Below, piece after piece: positions 54,854 through 64,000 of a stretch of DNA of 64,000 bases (position 1 is the stretch's first letter; every line of letters starts with the position of its first letter). This DNA is from Rickettsia typhi (GTDB lineage: Bacteria; Pseudomonadota; Alphaproteobacteria; Rickettsiales; UBA1997), in the NCBI GenBank assembly GCA_945862535.1, contig CAMAYG010000005.1, positions 19,952 to 83,951 of the forward strand, given 5' to 3'. A model generated the notes under the pieces. It was given only the letters and a program-made list of their open reading frames with translations. It searched no databases and had not been told where the DNA came from. The position numbers and the translations under genes were made by a program.

Positions 54854-56494
54854 TTATAAATCAATCGCTTTTAGTAGCTTAAAAATTATCGCATCAAGAA
54901 TCGCATGAAACGATGCTTCTATTACATTTTCTGAGACTCCGATTGTTGTCCAGCTAGCATTATTATCGCTTGAAATTACCTGAACCCTTGTTATTGCTTT
55001 GGTTCCGCTATCTTTATTGCCACCAAGAATACGAACTTTATAATCTATTAGCTGTAAATCTTTTAACACTGGGTAATGGTCGATTAAGGCCTTCCGCAAG
55101 GCAAGATCGAGGGCATTGACTGGCCCATTGCCTTCGGCAACACACATTGTGGTTTTGCCATCAATTTCTAGCTTAATTATTGCTTCTGCCGTAATGTTTT
55201 CAGTAATCTCTTTGCCAAAAATTTTTTCATTTAGCACTCTAAAGCTAATAATTCTAAAGAAATTTGGGACAACTCCCAAGGTTCTTTTTACCATTAATTC
55301 GAAACTTGCATCGGCATTATCAAAGGCATAACCGCAAGATTCTAGATCTTTAACTTTATTTACTAAATCTGAAATTTGGCTAAATTTAAAATGTAAATCT
55401 GGGTCTAGGCCGATTTTTTTAAGACGGCTGATAATATTTGCTCTGCCCGATTGGTCTGATATTAGAATCTGCCGGGCATTGCCTACTAATTCTGGATTAA
55501 TATGTTCGTAACAGCTAGCATCTTTAGCCACTGCCGAAACATGAAGCCCACCCTTATGAGCAAAAGCAAATTTACCAACGAAAGGGGCAAAATTATTTGG
55601 CTCCTGATTAAGAATATCGTCTAGCAGGTGCGATATTGCGGGAAGTTGTTTTAATTTATTTTGATCGATTTTGCAACTTTTCAAGCCCATTTTAAGCAAT
55701 AAAATAGGGATAATGCTAATTAGATTAGCATTGCCACATCTTTCGCCAATACCGTTAATTGTTCCCTGTATTTGCCTAACTCCAGCCAAGGTTGCCATAA
55801 TAGAATTAGCAACTGCATTGCCAGTATCGTTATGGCAGTGAATCCCCAAATGACTGCCCGGTATTTCCTTCGCCACCTCGGAAACGATATTAAAAACTTC
55901 GTGTGGCAAGCTTCCGCCATTGGTGTCGCATAGAATAATCCAACGAGCACCGCTATTAAAAGCTTTTCTAATAACATTCATGGCAAATTCTTTATTTGCC
56001 TTATAGCCGTCGAAAAAATGTTCGGCATCAAACATTGTTTCACGGCCATTCTTGCCCAAATAAAGCAAAGAATCGCTAATCATTAACAAATTCTCTTCTT
56101 CGCTAATATTTAGGGCATTGGCTAAATGATAGTGCCAACTTTTGCCAACAATACAGGTTGCAGATGCATTATTTTGTAGAAGCTGATTAAGTCCAGAATC
56201 GTTAGCTGCGGAAACTTCTTTTCTTCTGGTCATGCCAAAAGCAACAAAACTACTTTGCTGAACTTCTGGCAAATTGGCAAAAAATTGATCGTCGATAGGA
56301 TTGGCACCGGGCCAGCCCCCTTCGATATAATCAATGCCAAAATTATCGAGGGCTTTAGCAATTTTAATTTTGTCATCGATGGTAAAATTAACCGTGCTAG
56401 TTTGTGAACCGTCCCGCAATGTTGAATCGTAAAAATACACAAAATCTTCTTCTTGGCTATTGTTACTGTAATTATGCATTTTATTACTCATCAA
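54854..56494 (-). CDS. cimA: citramalate synthase / 2-isopropylmalate-synthase family enzyme (CimA type)
   Basis: Motifs are YDSTLRDGSQ, YIEGGWPGANPIDDQFF (CimA-type) and HCHNDTGNAVANS. A C-terminal LeuA-dimer-like regulatory domain is present. Confidence 0.8.
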   Translation of the reverse strand: MMSNKMHNYSNNSQEEDFVYFYDSTLRDGSQTSTVNFTIDDKIKIAKALDNFGIDYIEGGWPGANPIDDQFFANLPEVQQSSFVAFGMTRRKEVSAANDSGLNQLLQNNASATCIVGKSWHYHLANALNISEEENLLMISDSLLYLGKNGRETMFDAEHFFDGYKANKEFAMNVIRKAFNSGARWIILCDTNGGSLPHEVFNIVSEVAKEIPGSHLGIHCHNDTGNAVANSIMATLAGVRQIQGTINGIGERCGNANLISIIPILLLKMGLKSCKIDQNKLKQLPAISHLLDDILNQEPNNFAPFVGKFAFAHKGGLHVSAVAKDASCYEHINPELVGNARQILISDQSGRANIISRLKKIGLDPDLHFKFSQISDLVNKVKDLESCGYAFDNADASFELMVKRTLGVVPNFFRIISFRVLNEKIFGKEITENITAEAIIKLEIDGKTTMCVAEGNGPVNALDLALRKALIDHYPVLKDLQLIDYKVRILGGNKDSGTKAITRVQVISSDNNASWTTIGVSENVIEASFHAILDAIIFKLLKAIDL

Positions 56495-56498
56495 AAAA

Positions 56499-59400
56499 TT
56501 ATTGGTTGCTTAGTGTTAAGATCTGTTGTTCAAGAGTTTGAATTTGATGCTCAAGATAATCATTATCGTTAATTTCGACTATTTCGTTTTGCAACCGTTG
56601 TATTTCTTTTGCAAAGTCACCTTTGGCTTTCATTTGTAATTTCAGAATCTCATATTCTATGGTTTTAACTTTAAATGCCGAGGTTTTTTGCTTCAATTCT
56701 AGAATTGTAACTTTTTGTTGTAAATCTTGAATTACGGCAATATTTTGATCGCTGTTTTTAATTGAATCTTTTATGCCAGCAACCTCTTTTGCAAAATCAA
56801 TATTAGGAGTAATAACACCATTAACATCTCTAAAGCCAGTAAAATTGTCGATAGTAACATCTTCGCTAGGTCTGATATCAACATTTTCACCAATAACCAT
56901 AGTTTCAATAGTTTCAACTACTGGATTTCCATCTTTGTCAAATTTAACTCCAGTAACCCAATGATAATCTCCTTCTGGCCGGTCTTCTAATGTGCCATAT
57001 TTTCCATATTCACTTTCAACTTTTTTTAAGGCATCATTAATTGCATTTATTTCTTTCTGCAGTGCTAAATCATTTACATCGCTTTTGTTCCCACTAAGCA
57101 TGCTGACATGGTAACGAGAACGGTCTAGTAAATCTTGCTTAACTGCTGTGCCTGTTTCCTGCATCATCTTTTTAATATAGCTATCTCTGTTTAAAGAATT
57201 GTCATCACTGCGGTCGTATAATTTGCCAAAAAACTCTGCACCAGACTTTAGGGCATCATCCTTGCGGAAAGTTAAGGCATTGCCAACATCCTTAAACTTT
57301 CCAGAAGCATCATTTGCAAATTCTTTGGCAGTGTCTTTAGTATCAAAGCCAATCTCTTTTAAGTCAGCAACAAACCACCTACCTTGCTTAAGTAAATCTT
57401 TTGTCTTGTCTGAGTGGTCAGACTCCCTATCTTGTTTGTCTCGATAATAATCTTGCTCATCGGCAAAACGACCGAGTTTTCGTAGGTTTTGTCGAGGATT
57501 AAGAGCATCTTCACCTGCACCAAAAAACGACTTAAACTTATCGCCAGAATCAGACCTTCCAGCCCCAAGCAATCTTTCGGTTTCAAGAGATCGCATATAT
57601 TTTACCAAAGAGTCAGAGTCTTGTTTTTGCATAACATCTTTTGCATTACTTACCCCGGCACGATTCAACTCTCCGATAAATTCACGAGATTTCAGCATTT
57701 TATCTAGTCTAGAATCTTTAATTCCCATTGCATATCCTTCTTTTTGTAGCATCGAACGAATTTGCATACGGCGAGAGAAAGCATCTGGGTTGCCAGAAAC
57801 TGATTTATCTAAAGATTTAATTCTGTTTTTTAATTCAGACTTTTCGTGCAATTTTAACTCATGTTGCAAAGATTTAAAATTAACAGATCCGCCACTTGCT
57901 CTTGCCTTAGCAAAAGCTTGTTTTCTAATAAAGTTTGCCGCACTAGCACCGGTCAACCCCTTTTTACTGGCCTCATTTGCAGCAGCATTAACAATGTCTT
58001 TACTAGTTGTTGAACTGCCACTAGAAGCAAAAGATGCCAGACCACTAGACATTTCTTTTTTAACTCTTTTTAACTCGTCTTTCTGGCCTGTAGCTTTAAA
58101 ATAACCTATTTTTGCAAGGCCACCAAGTGCTTTGCCGCCTTCTCTTAGGGCGGCCCCAGAAGCCTGCAGACCAGCCAATGCCGGAGCCTTGGCTGCATCA
58201 GCCATTTCGCCAAAACCTTTAGAAACAGCACCAGCAACACCACCAAAGTCAGGCGGCGATACTCCAGCAATTTTAATAATACCACTAGAGACCTCTGGTA
58301 TTTTTTCAATAACAACTTTTGTGATATAAATTAAACCAAATATTTCAACTAAATTAACAGCAAATCCACTTAGACCAGGATCGGCAACGAATACACGAAT
58401 AGGAATAAGATAACCTAGATAAACATATTTAAGACACACCCTAAAAGCAAAAAGCTCTGTAAACTTTACATCTAAAATGATGAGCATATTGTAAAGAGAA
58501 ATAAAAAGTAGTAAGATAGACACAGATGAGCTAGCAAGGGTTCCGGCCCATTTAGTAAAAATCCCGCTAGTTTTTGAAAAAAGCCAAAAAGGAAATAACA
58601 TTGGACCAACAGCAAGAAGAATTGACATCCTAATTAAATTGTCAATATAAGCAAAAGCGGCGAGCATCATAACTAGAAAAAATGCAATAATAGCAAAACC
58701 AATCATAAGAACCCACAAGAACCCCAAAGAATATCCAAAAAATAATCCACCAATTTTTCTAGCAACAGATTCAGAGAATAATTTGCTAATTAAATAGTCA
58801 ACAAAGGAGAATCTGGTCGAATTACTAGAAGCAACTTCTCTATTTGCTTTAGCAACATGAATCAACGAGCTTTCGTCGTATACTTTGTCTGCAATATCGC
58901 CAAATAGCTTGATTAGGGAGTCCATGCCGTTTTTAAATAACCCAACAACATATTCATTGTAAAAATACCAGCTAGTAGGGGAAATGAAGAACATTATTAG
59001 TCCGAGTTTAACAATCCTAGCAAGTGCATCATTGCCAGAAACTTGGGCAACGCCCATAATAATTGCTACACCAAAGATTATAATATAAAAAGCAATCAGG
59101 AGCTGCACAATGTCAATAAAAGTACTATTAGCTACAATTTTACTATAAAACTCTTTAATTAACCCGCCATCTCTTTCTTGAGTATTAACATCAGCATCGC
59201 CGAATAAATAATCTTCAAACAAACTTACTACATATTCGAAGACCCCTTTATCTCCTGCCTTAATAACACCTTTATCAAAAATAATATAATAACCACCACT
59301 GTTGTCGCTGTAGTAGGTGTCGTGAATAGTTAGCTTAACAGCTTCTCTAGCCTTGTGATAGATGTCGTCGGAAGATGTTTTGTCTAATCCGTCATTTGCC

Positions 59401-60227
59401 CCAAGATCATCTTTAACAAAAATTTTATTATTAACACTTTCAAATACATATGTAGTAATGTCGTTACCCTTTTTGTCTAGGCAAAGTGACGATGTGGCAT
59501 TGCGGACAACATCGCACAATTCTTTTTCGGTAAAAAGATGATAAGCCCGCAACGGTGTTTCATAGCCATTTTTGCCAAATAAACCTATATAAGCACCAAT
59601 ACCTTTAGTATAAACACCCTCATTCTGATCGGCTGGGTTTTTTGTTTTCTCGTTAAGGCTTAAAGAACAGCGATCGATGTGATAAATGCCGTATTTAGCA
59701 TTATTTAACGAACCAAGATTAATGCAATTGTCGTTTGTATTATTAAGATTGTTAATATCGGCAACCTTGTCTCCATTATCATGAGAATTGCGATAACAAT
59801 AATGGGTAAAAGCATTGTCGTAGCGAGCAACCATTTTACAAGGAGGGGCATTTACTAAGGTCGACCAAGGATTCCAACTTCCGCTAATTCTAATAGAAAA
59901 AGCACTGCCATCGGAAACATAGCCACTGTTAATCCAGTCGCGAATCTGACCGCCGCTTTGTGGGTCGTATTCTCCTTGAATAACACTTTTGGAACTGGGT
60001 CCAGCAGGAAGAAAAACACTGTCTTGATCAAAATCAGTTGGCTTAACACAATACTCTTCGTCTGAAGTACCGCAAGAAGCCAAAAATAATATTGACAACA
60101 GAAGAACAATTTTTGAGATATTATGAAACTTTCGAAAGAAAAAGGCTATATAGCCAAATAAACACAGTAAAATTGTTGATGGGAGGAGGTATTTTAATGC
60201 AGATGTGTAATTTTTTATTATGTGCAA
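56499..60227 (-). CDS. giant TrbL/VirB6-like polytopic membrane (lipo)protein with long coiled-coil C-terminal extension
   Basis: It has a lipobox (ILFLASC|G) and a ~300-aa periplasmic domain, then ~7 TM helices (res. ~400-700). A Gly/Ala-rich segment follows (GGVAGAVSKGFGEMADAAKAPALAGLQASGAALREGGKALGG), then a ~500-aa charged/coiled tail. This architecture matches Rickettsiales RvhB6-type proteins. The start is uncertain: the track ORF (to 60329) overlaps tRNA-Leu, and the TTG at 60227 is the first plausible start outside it. Confidence 0.5.
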   Translation of the reverse strand: MHIIKNYTSALKYLLPSTILLCLFGYIAFFFRKFHNISKIVLLLSILFLASCGTSDEEYCVKPTDFDQDSVFLPAGPSSKSVIQGEYDPQSGGQIRDWINSGYVSDGSAFSIRISGSWNPWSTLVNAPPCKMVARYDNAFTHYCYRNSHDNGDKVADINNLNNTNDNCINLGSLNNAKYGIYHIDRCSLSLNEKTKNPADQNEGVYTKGIGAYIGLFGKNGYETPLRAYHLFTEKELCDVVRNATSSLCLDKKGNDITTYVFESVNNKIFVKDDLGANDGLDKTSSDDIYHKAREAVKLTIHDTYYSDNSGGYYIIFDKGVIKAGDKGVFEYVVSLFEDYLFGDADVNTQERDGGLIKEFYSKIVANSTFIDIVQLLIAFYIIIFGVAIIMGVAQVSGNDALARIVKLGLIMFFISPTSWYFYNEYVVGLFKNGMDSLIKLFGDIADKVYDESSLIHVAKANREVASSNSTRFSFVDYLISKLFSESVARKIGGLFFGYSLGFLWVLMIGFAIIAFFLVMMLAAFAYIDNLIRMSILLAVGPMLFPFWLFSKTSGIFTKWAGTLASSSVSILLLFISLYNMLIILDVKFTELFAFRVCLKYVYLGYLIPIRVFVADPGLSGFAVNLVEIFGLIYITKVVIEKIPEVSSGIIKIAGVSPPDFGGVAGAVSKGFGEMADAAKAPALAGLQASGAALREGGKALGGLAKIGYFKATGQKDELKRVKKEMSSGLASFASSGSSTTSKDIVNAAANEASKKGLTGASAANFIRKQAFAKARASGGSVNFKSLQHELKLHEKSELKNRIKSLDKSVSGNPDAFSRRMQIRSMLQKEGYAMGIKDSRLDKMLKSREFIGELNRAGVSNAKDVMQKQDSDSLVKYMRSLETERLLGAGRSDSGDKFKSFFGAGEDALNPRQNLRKLGRFADEQDYYRDKQDRESDHSDKTKDLLKQGRWFVADLKEIGFDTKDTAKEFANDASGKFKDVGNALTFRKDDALKSGAEFFGKLYDRSDDNSLNRDSYIKKMMQETGTAVKQDLLDRSRYHVSMLSGNKSDVNDLALQKEINAINDALKKVESEYGKYGTLEDRPEGDYHWVTGVKFDKDGNPVVETIETMVIGENVDIRPSEDVTIDNFTGFRDVNGVITPNIDFAKEVAGIKDSIKNSDQNIAVIQDLQQKVTILELKQKTSAFKVKTIEYEILKLQMKAKGDFAKEIQRLQNEIVEINDNDYLEHQIQTLEQQILTLSNQ

Positions 60228-60257
60228 TTTAAAATAGAGATAATTTTGATTTTTAGA

Positions 60258-60343
60258 TGGTACCTGCGGCCGGACTTGAACCGGCAAGGGCAAAAGCCCC
60301 ACGGATTTTAAGTCCGTTATGTCTACCATTCCATCACGCAGGC
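60258..60343 (-). tRNA. tRNA-Leu (anticodon TAA), class II with long variable arm, CCA encoded
   Basis: Hand fold: GCCTGCG..ACGGA-CTTAAAA-TCCGT-GGGGCTTTTGCCCTT-GCCGG-TTCAAGT-CCGGC-CGCAGGT-ACCA. Confidence 0.9.
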
Positions 60344-60656
60344 TAATCGATAATAAATACAGATAAAACTAACAATAAGTTATGTTTTTTAACCATTTTA
60401 AGCAAAGTACCAAATATTTTAGGTCAAATTAGTCTGAATTTTCTGTTAAGATTATTTGAATTTATCAATAAAGGTTTTTAAAAAAATATATATTATTTTT
60501 CAACTTGCAAGCAATTTTTTATAAACAAATTATCAAGTCAAATTTCAAGCCAATTATTTAAGTCAATAATTAAAGAAGCTTAAAAATACAAAATTAGCAA
60601 GATTTATTAGCGATTTAACAATTTTTTAGGCAAAGCGAAGAATTAAATAATATAGT

Positions 60657-60730
60657 TGGTTGGGATGGGAGGATTCGAACCCACGATGGCGGGACCAAAA
60701 CCCGCTGCCTTACCACTTGGCTACATCCCA
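60657..60730 (-). tRNA. tRNA-Gln (anticodon TTG), CCA encoded
   Basis: Hand fold: TGGGATG-TA-GCCA..GGC-A-GCGGG-TTTTGGT-CCCGC-CATC-GTGGG-TTCGAAT-CCTCC-CATCCCA-ACCA. The T-stem contains one T:C mismatch and one G:T pair, so confidence is slightly reduced. Confidence 0.8.
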
Positions 60731-60944
60731 ATATTATAAATCATATTATAGAATTAATGGCACAAATAATAAAACTGAGTTTTTTATAGTCAAGGAAAAT
60801 TTAAGAACTATTAAATTTTCAGTTTTTTAATTTTGTGCTAATTTTTTAGTAGACATTTTAGCCAGCATCATCTGAAAATAAAAAGCACCAAGCAAAGATT
60901 GGTTTGAAGAAAGTTGCTTAAGTGCCAAATAAAAACTTTCTTAA

Positions 60945-61940
60945 TTAAATTGGCAACATTTCCCTTCTTTGTTGATCTATATCAAAAAAAACATCTTCCC
61001 AAGTTCCGGTTGTCGAGGCTTTACTATATTCAGTTACTCGATTTTCAAAAAAGTTCGTATGCTCAACGCCATTGAGTATTTCGTCTAGCCATGGCAAAGG
61101 ATTATCGTCAATCATATAAATATCTTTTAGGCCAAGCTGATTAAGACGACGATCGGCAATATAACGAATATATCTTTTTACTTCGCGGGCGGTTAAGCCT
61201 TCTATATTACCCGTTTCAAAAGCTAAATCAATAAAGGCATCTTCAAAATGAACAATAGTAGCGCAAGCTTTGTAAAGCCTGCTTTTTAGCTCTTCGTCCC
61301 AAACTTCTGGATTTTCCTGAATAAAGGTGCGAAATAGCTTAATGATTGAGTTGGTATGCAAGGTTTCGTCTCTAACCGACCAAGCAATAATTTGACCCAT
61401 TCCTTTCATTTTACCAAATCTTTGGAAATTTAATAAAATAGCAAATGAAGCAAAAAGCTGTAGGCCTTCGGTAAAACCACCAAAAACCGCCATGGTTGTT
61501 GCAATATCTTTTTTGGTGCCAACTCCAAATTGTTGCATATAGTCATATTTATCTTTCATCTCCTTATATTTCATGAAAGCCTGATATTCTGTTTCGGGTA
61601 TTCCTATGGTGTCGAGAAGATGGGAATATGCCGCAATATGAATTGTTTCCATATTGGAAAAGGCAGCAAGCATCATTTGCACTTCTGTGGGCTGAAATAT
61701 TTTAGCATAATGCTTCATGTAGCAATTATTAACCTCGATATCGGCCTGGGTAAAGAAACGGAATATTTGGGTTAACAAACTTTTTTCACTTGCTGTAAGA
61801 TTGTGTTTCCAGTCTCGCACATCGTCTGCCAAAGGAACCTCTTCTGGCAACCAATGTATTTGCTGTTGTTTTAGCCATGCATCATAAGCCCAAGGGTAAT
61901 TAAAAGGCTTATAAATTGGCTTTGCATCTAGTAAGGACAT
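60945..61940 (-). CDS. nrdB: ribonucleotide-diphosphate reductase beta subunit (class I R2)
   Basis: It has ferritin-like di-iron motifs (FFTQADIEV, SNMETIHIAAYSHLL with a Tyr at the radical position, FTEGLQLFASF, VRDETLH). No nrdA is adjacent. Confidence 0.9.
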   Translation of the reverse strand: MSLLDAKPIYKPFNYPWAYDAWLKQQQIHWLPEEVPLADDVRDWKHNLTASEKSLLTQIFRFFTQADIEVNNCYMKHYAKIFQPTEVQMMLAAFSNMETIHIAAYSHLLDTIGIPETEYQAFMKYKEMKDKYDYMQQFGVGTKKDIATTMAVFGGFTEGLQLFASFAILLNFQRFGKMKGMGQIIAWSVRDETLHTNSIIKLFRTFIQENPEVWDEELKSRLYKACATIVHFEDAFIDLAFETGNIEGLTAREVKRYIRYIADRRLNQLGLKDIYMIDDNPLPWLDEILNGVEHTNFFENRVTEYSKASTTGTWEDVFFDIDQQRREMLPI

Positions 61941-62232
61941 AAAATACTGTTGTTGTTAAATTGCTAAATCGCTATCGCTTAGCAAATATTTAGGTTATAA
62001 CTATTTTAACTTCATTTTTACGAGTTAAAATAGTGTCGCACACTACAAATTGTAATGTTGTCAAAAAAACTAACTAAATATTGTTTTTAATTTTTCAAAT
62101 AATCAAGATTTTTTTTAAAAATATTTTAATATTTTTAATTGAAACTTATTAATTTCTTTATTAGTGTTAAATAATACTATTTCGTGTTTAAATATAAAAA
62201 TCGGGAAAACAATCAAAACCATTATCGCCAAA

Positions 62233-62592
62233 ATGACAACAAAATTTATCTGTTTATTGACAATTTTTACAACCTTTTTCTTGTTAAATATTGCCCAAAT
62301 TACCGCTGTCAAAGCAAATTCGCCAGCAATAAAACAATATAACTTAGCAATAGAAAATCATCGCTTTAAACCAGAAATAATCGAGGTAGAAGCAAATAAG
62401 CCATTCGAATTAGTTATTACAAACCGCGATAAAACCGTTGAAGAATTCGAAAGCGATGCCCTTAGAAAAGAAAAAATTATTAGCGGAAACAAAACTATTA
62501 CCATCAAAATTCAGGCACTAAAGCTTGGAGAATATAACTTCTTTGGCGAATTCAATCCAAAAACCGCCCAAGGCAAAATTATAGCTAAATAA
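62233..62592 (+). CDS. secreted cupredoxin-fold-like small protein (apparently lacking Cu ligands)
   Basis: The ATG at 62233 gives the signal peptide MTTKFICLLTIFTTFFLLNIAQITAVKA. The body (FKPEIIEVEANKPFELVITNRDKTVEEFES...LKLGEYNFFGEF..TAQGKIIA) follows the Cupredoxin_1 pattern, but there is no Cys or His where CxxHxxM would sit. Confidence 0.45.
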   Translation: MTTKFICLLTIFTTFFLLNIAQITAVKANSPAIKQYNLAIENHRFKPEIIEVEANKPFELVITNRDKTVEEFESDALRKEKIISGNKTITIKIQALKLGEYNFFGEFNPKTAQGKIIAK

Positions 62593-62600
62593 TCGCTAAA

Positions 62601-63416
62601 TTAGCAGTTAAGTTTATTCTTCATCAGATCTGGCATTATTTCTAAGATTTGTGTTTTTACTGCCTTTTTACTGCAATTGGTATTAATAAAATAGTTAATC
62701 AACCCATCTTTATATAATTTTTTTCTTGCTAGATTGTTGATTTGAGTAGCATCGATAGCAGAAAACTTAGCATTAAGAACTCTTCTATTATGGCTGTTAA
62801 TATTAATTAATGGCATTTTTTGCCCTTTGGCATTTTGTCTGAAGCTAATATTTTCTAGGCTAGGCGAAGATAAATTGCCGTTTTTTAAGACTTCCCGCAA
62901 GAAAAATCTTTTGCGACGAACTTTTAGCGGAGCAATGGTGCTAATAACAATATCGGCGGTAAAATTGGCTTTTTCAAAAAATAGCGGGATGTTTAAAATT
63001 ATTGGCCGATCTCGATATTTATTTAAAAATTCCCGATAAAATTTTTGTAATTCCGGATAAATTATCTGTTCTAAGAGTTGAGTTTTTTGCTGAACCTCGG
63101 TGGAATTGCCTTTAAATACGATGTTTCCAAGCTCTCGACGGCTTATTTTGCCATCATTTACTGCATTTGGGAATGCTTGAGCGATTTTTTCTATTATCTC
63201 TATGTTGTGGCTAATCATTTTGCGAACTTCTTGGTCGGCATCGAAAACAACAAAACCATTTTTAGCAAAAATCTTGGCGATGAAGTCTTTCCCAGAAGCA
63301 ATAGAGCCTGTAATTGCTATTATTGGTTTTTTATTTCTGATTTTTATTTCTGGTTTTCCTGCCCAAAGACCGTTGACTCGCTTCTTTCTCGTTATTTTTT
63401 TAATTAATCTTGACAT
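62601..63416 (-). CDS. coaE: dephospho-CoA kinase (with N- and C-terminal extensions)
   Basis: It has the P-loop IIAITGSIASGKDF followed by VFDADQEVRKMI. At 271 aa it is longer than the usual ~200 aa. Confidence 0.7.
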   Translation of the reverse strand: MSRLIKKITRKKRVNGLWAGKPEIKIRNKKPIIAITGSIASGKDFIAKIFAKNGFVVFDADQEVRKMISHNIEIIEKIAQAFPNAVNDGKISRRELGNIVFKGNSTEVQQKTQLLEQIIYPELQKFYREFLNKYRDRPIILNIPLFFEKANFTADIVISTIAPLKVRRKRFFLREVLKNGNLSSPSLENISFRQNAKGQKMPLININSHNRRVLNAKFSAIDATQINNLARKKLYKDGLINYFINTNCSKKAVKTQILEIMPDLMKNKLNC

Positions 63417-63469
63417 TAAAATTAGAAATTACTTAGCAAGAATAACATGGTTTTTAGTTTCAATAAATA

Positions 63470-64000
63470 TTAACTCTTTTTATCAAATAAATCTTCAATA
63501 TTTATCACACCATGATGTTTCAAAATATGATATTCCTTAATATTTTTATCGTCAGAATAGTCTTTGGTTTCGTCTTTGAGCTTAATTTCAATGTCAACAT
63601 TATAAGCAAAATTAAAAGGATTGTCTTCTTGCTTAGTTATGGCATATTTTATTTTGTCGCTTGCAAAAGATAAAACTTTTGGCCTGCTAGAAATTTCTGC
63701 AATCACCCCCATATTACCAACATTAGAGTTAGAGAAATTACTATTACGAGCTTGGTAAAGATTTAATTCGACATTCTCCTTAATTGTTCCATCTCCAATT
63801 TCTTGCAACTTTCTTATTTCTTTATTTATCTTGTTTTGGGCGGATGATGCATCTTTAGAGTCAAAGGTTTTGTTAATAACCTGATTGCCAAAATTAATAT
63901 TAAAGTTAATTTTATTGCCAGAACAATTTGAGGTTAATTCCAATAAATTTCTAAAGTTTTTTAGGTCAAATATGCCGTATTTATAGGGCTTTTCCCTGAC
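63470..64000 (-). CDS. hypothetical protein, partial (open to window end)
   Basis: The track ORF starts at the TTG at 63943, but I checked that the same frame stays open for the remaining 19 codons to position 64000 (VREKPYKYGIFDLKNFRNL-LELTSNC...). No family was recognised. Confidence 0.4.
   Translation of the reverse strand, partial: VREKPYKYGIFDLKNFRNLLELTSNCSGNKINFNINFGNQVINKTFDSKDASSAQNKINKEIRKLQEIGDGTIKENVELNLYQARNSNFSNSNVGNMGVIAEISSRPKVLSFASDKIKYAITKQEDNPFNFAYNVDIEIKLKDETKDYSDDKNIKEYHILKHHGVINIEDLFDKKS

Noticed and set aside
60228-60329. N-terminal 34 codons of the 1276-aa ORF, including its only ATG.
   Set aside because: This stretch overlaps tRNA-Leu (60258-60343) on the same strand. 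The coding region more plausibly begins at the TTG at 60227, so the ATG-initiated extension is treated as non-coding.

Overview
This is an AT-rich bacterial chromosome segment. The gene content points to an alphaproteobacterium of the Rickettsiales/Holosporales type: an NDUFA12-like gene beside a DUF2155-like gene and mlaD, a hemE-flanked AT-rich spacer, a giant TrbL/VirB6-like membrane protein, and RPE-like GC-rich palindromic repeats. That placement is inference only.

The housekeeping backbone comprises gatB', ruvX, gatC, nfu, leuC, ccmF, nuoHIJK, mltA, argF, a PMM/PGM gene, rpe, mlaD, an rnd-like gene, kpsF, tlyC, trxA, mreC, lipB, hemE, pyrG, htpG, serA, thiD, cimA, nrdB and coaE. There are three tRNAs: Ala-GGC, Leu-TAA and Gln-TTG.

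Several accessory or unusual segments interrupt this backbone:
1. A ~490-bp spacer next to hemE (34026-34517) is packed with iterated ATTGTTAATAA motifs and DnaA-box-like 9-mers, and genes diverge from it. I read it as the candidate replication origin. A type II R-M pair sits immediately beside it.
2. Two islets flank htpG. One holds a lone ABC-ATPase-TOPRIM (OLD/PARIS-like) gene boxed in by repeat arrays and an IS1-like remnant. The other holds a truncated hsdM, a RhuM-Doc fusion, a remnant of a type IIG paralogue, and an intact 1117-aa type IIG R-M enzyme.
3. At least two families of GC-rich palindromic MITE-like repeats occur, some amplified into spacer-less tandem arrays.
4. Orphan modules of unknown function lie at 1.5-2.7 kb, 10.2-10.9 kb and 12.2-14.6 kb.

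No rRNA genes, CRISPR arrays, cas genes or prophage structural genes were seen. All family assignments come from motif recognition by eye and need HMM or BLAST confirmation.
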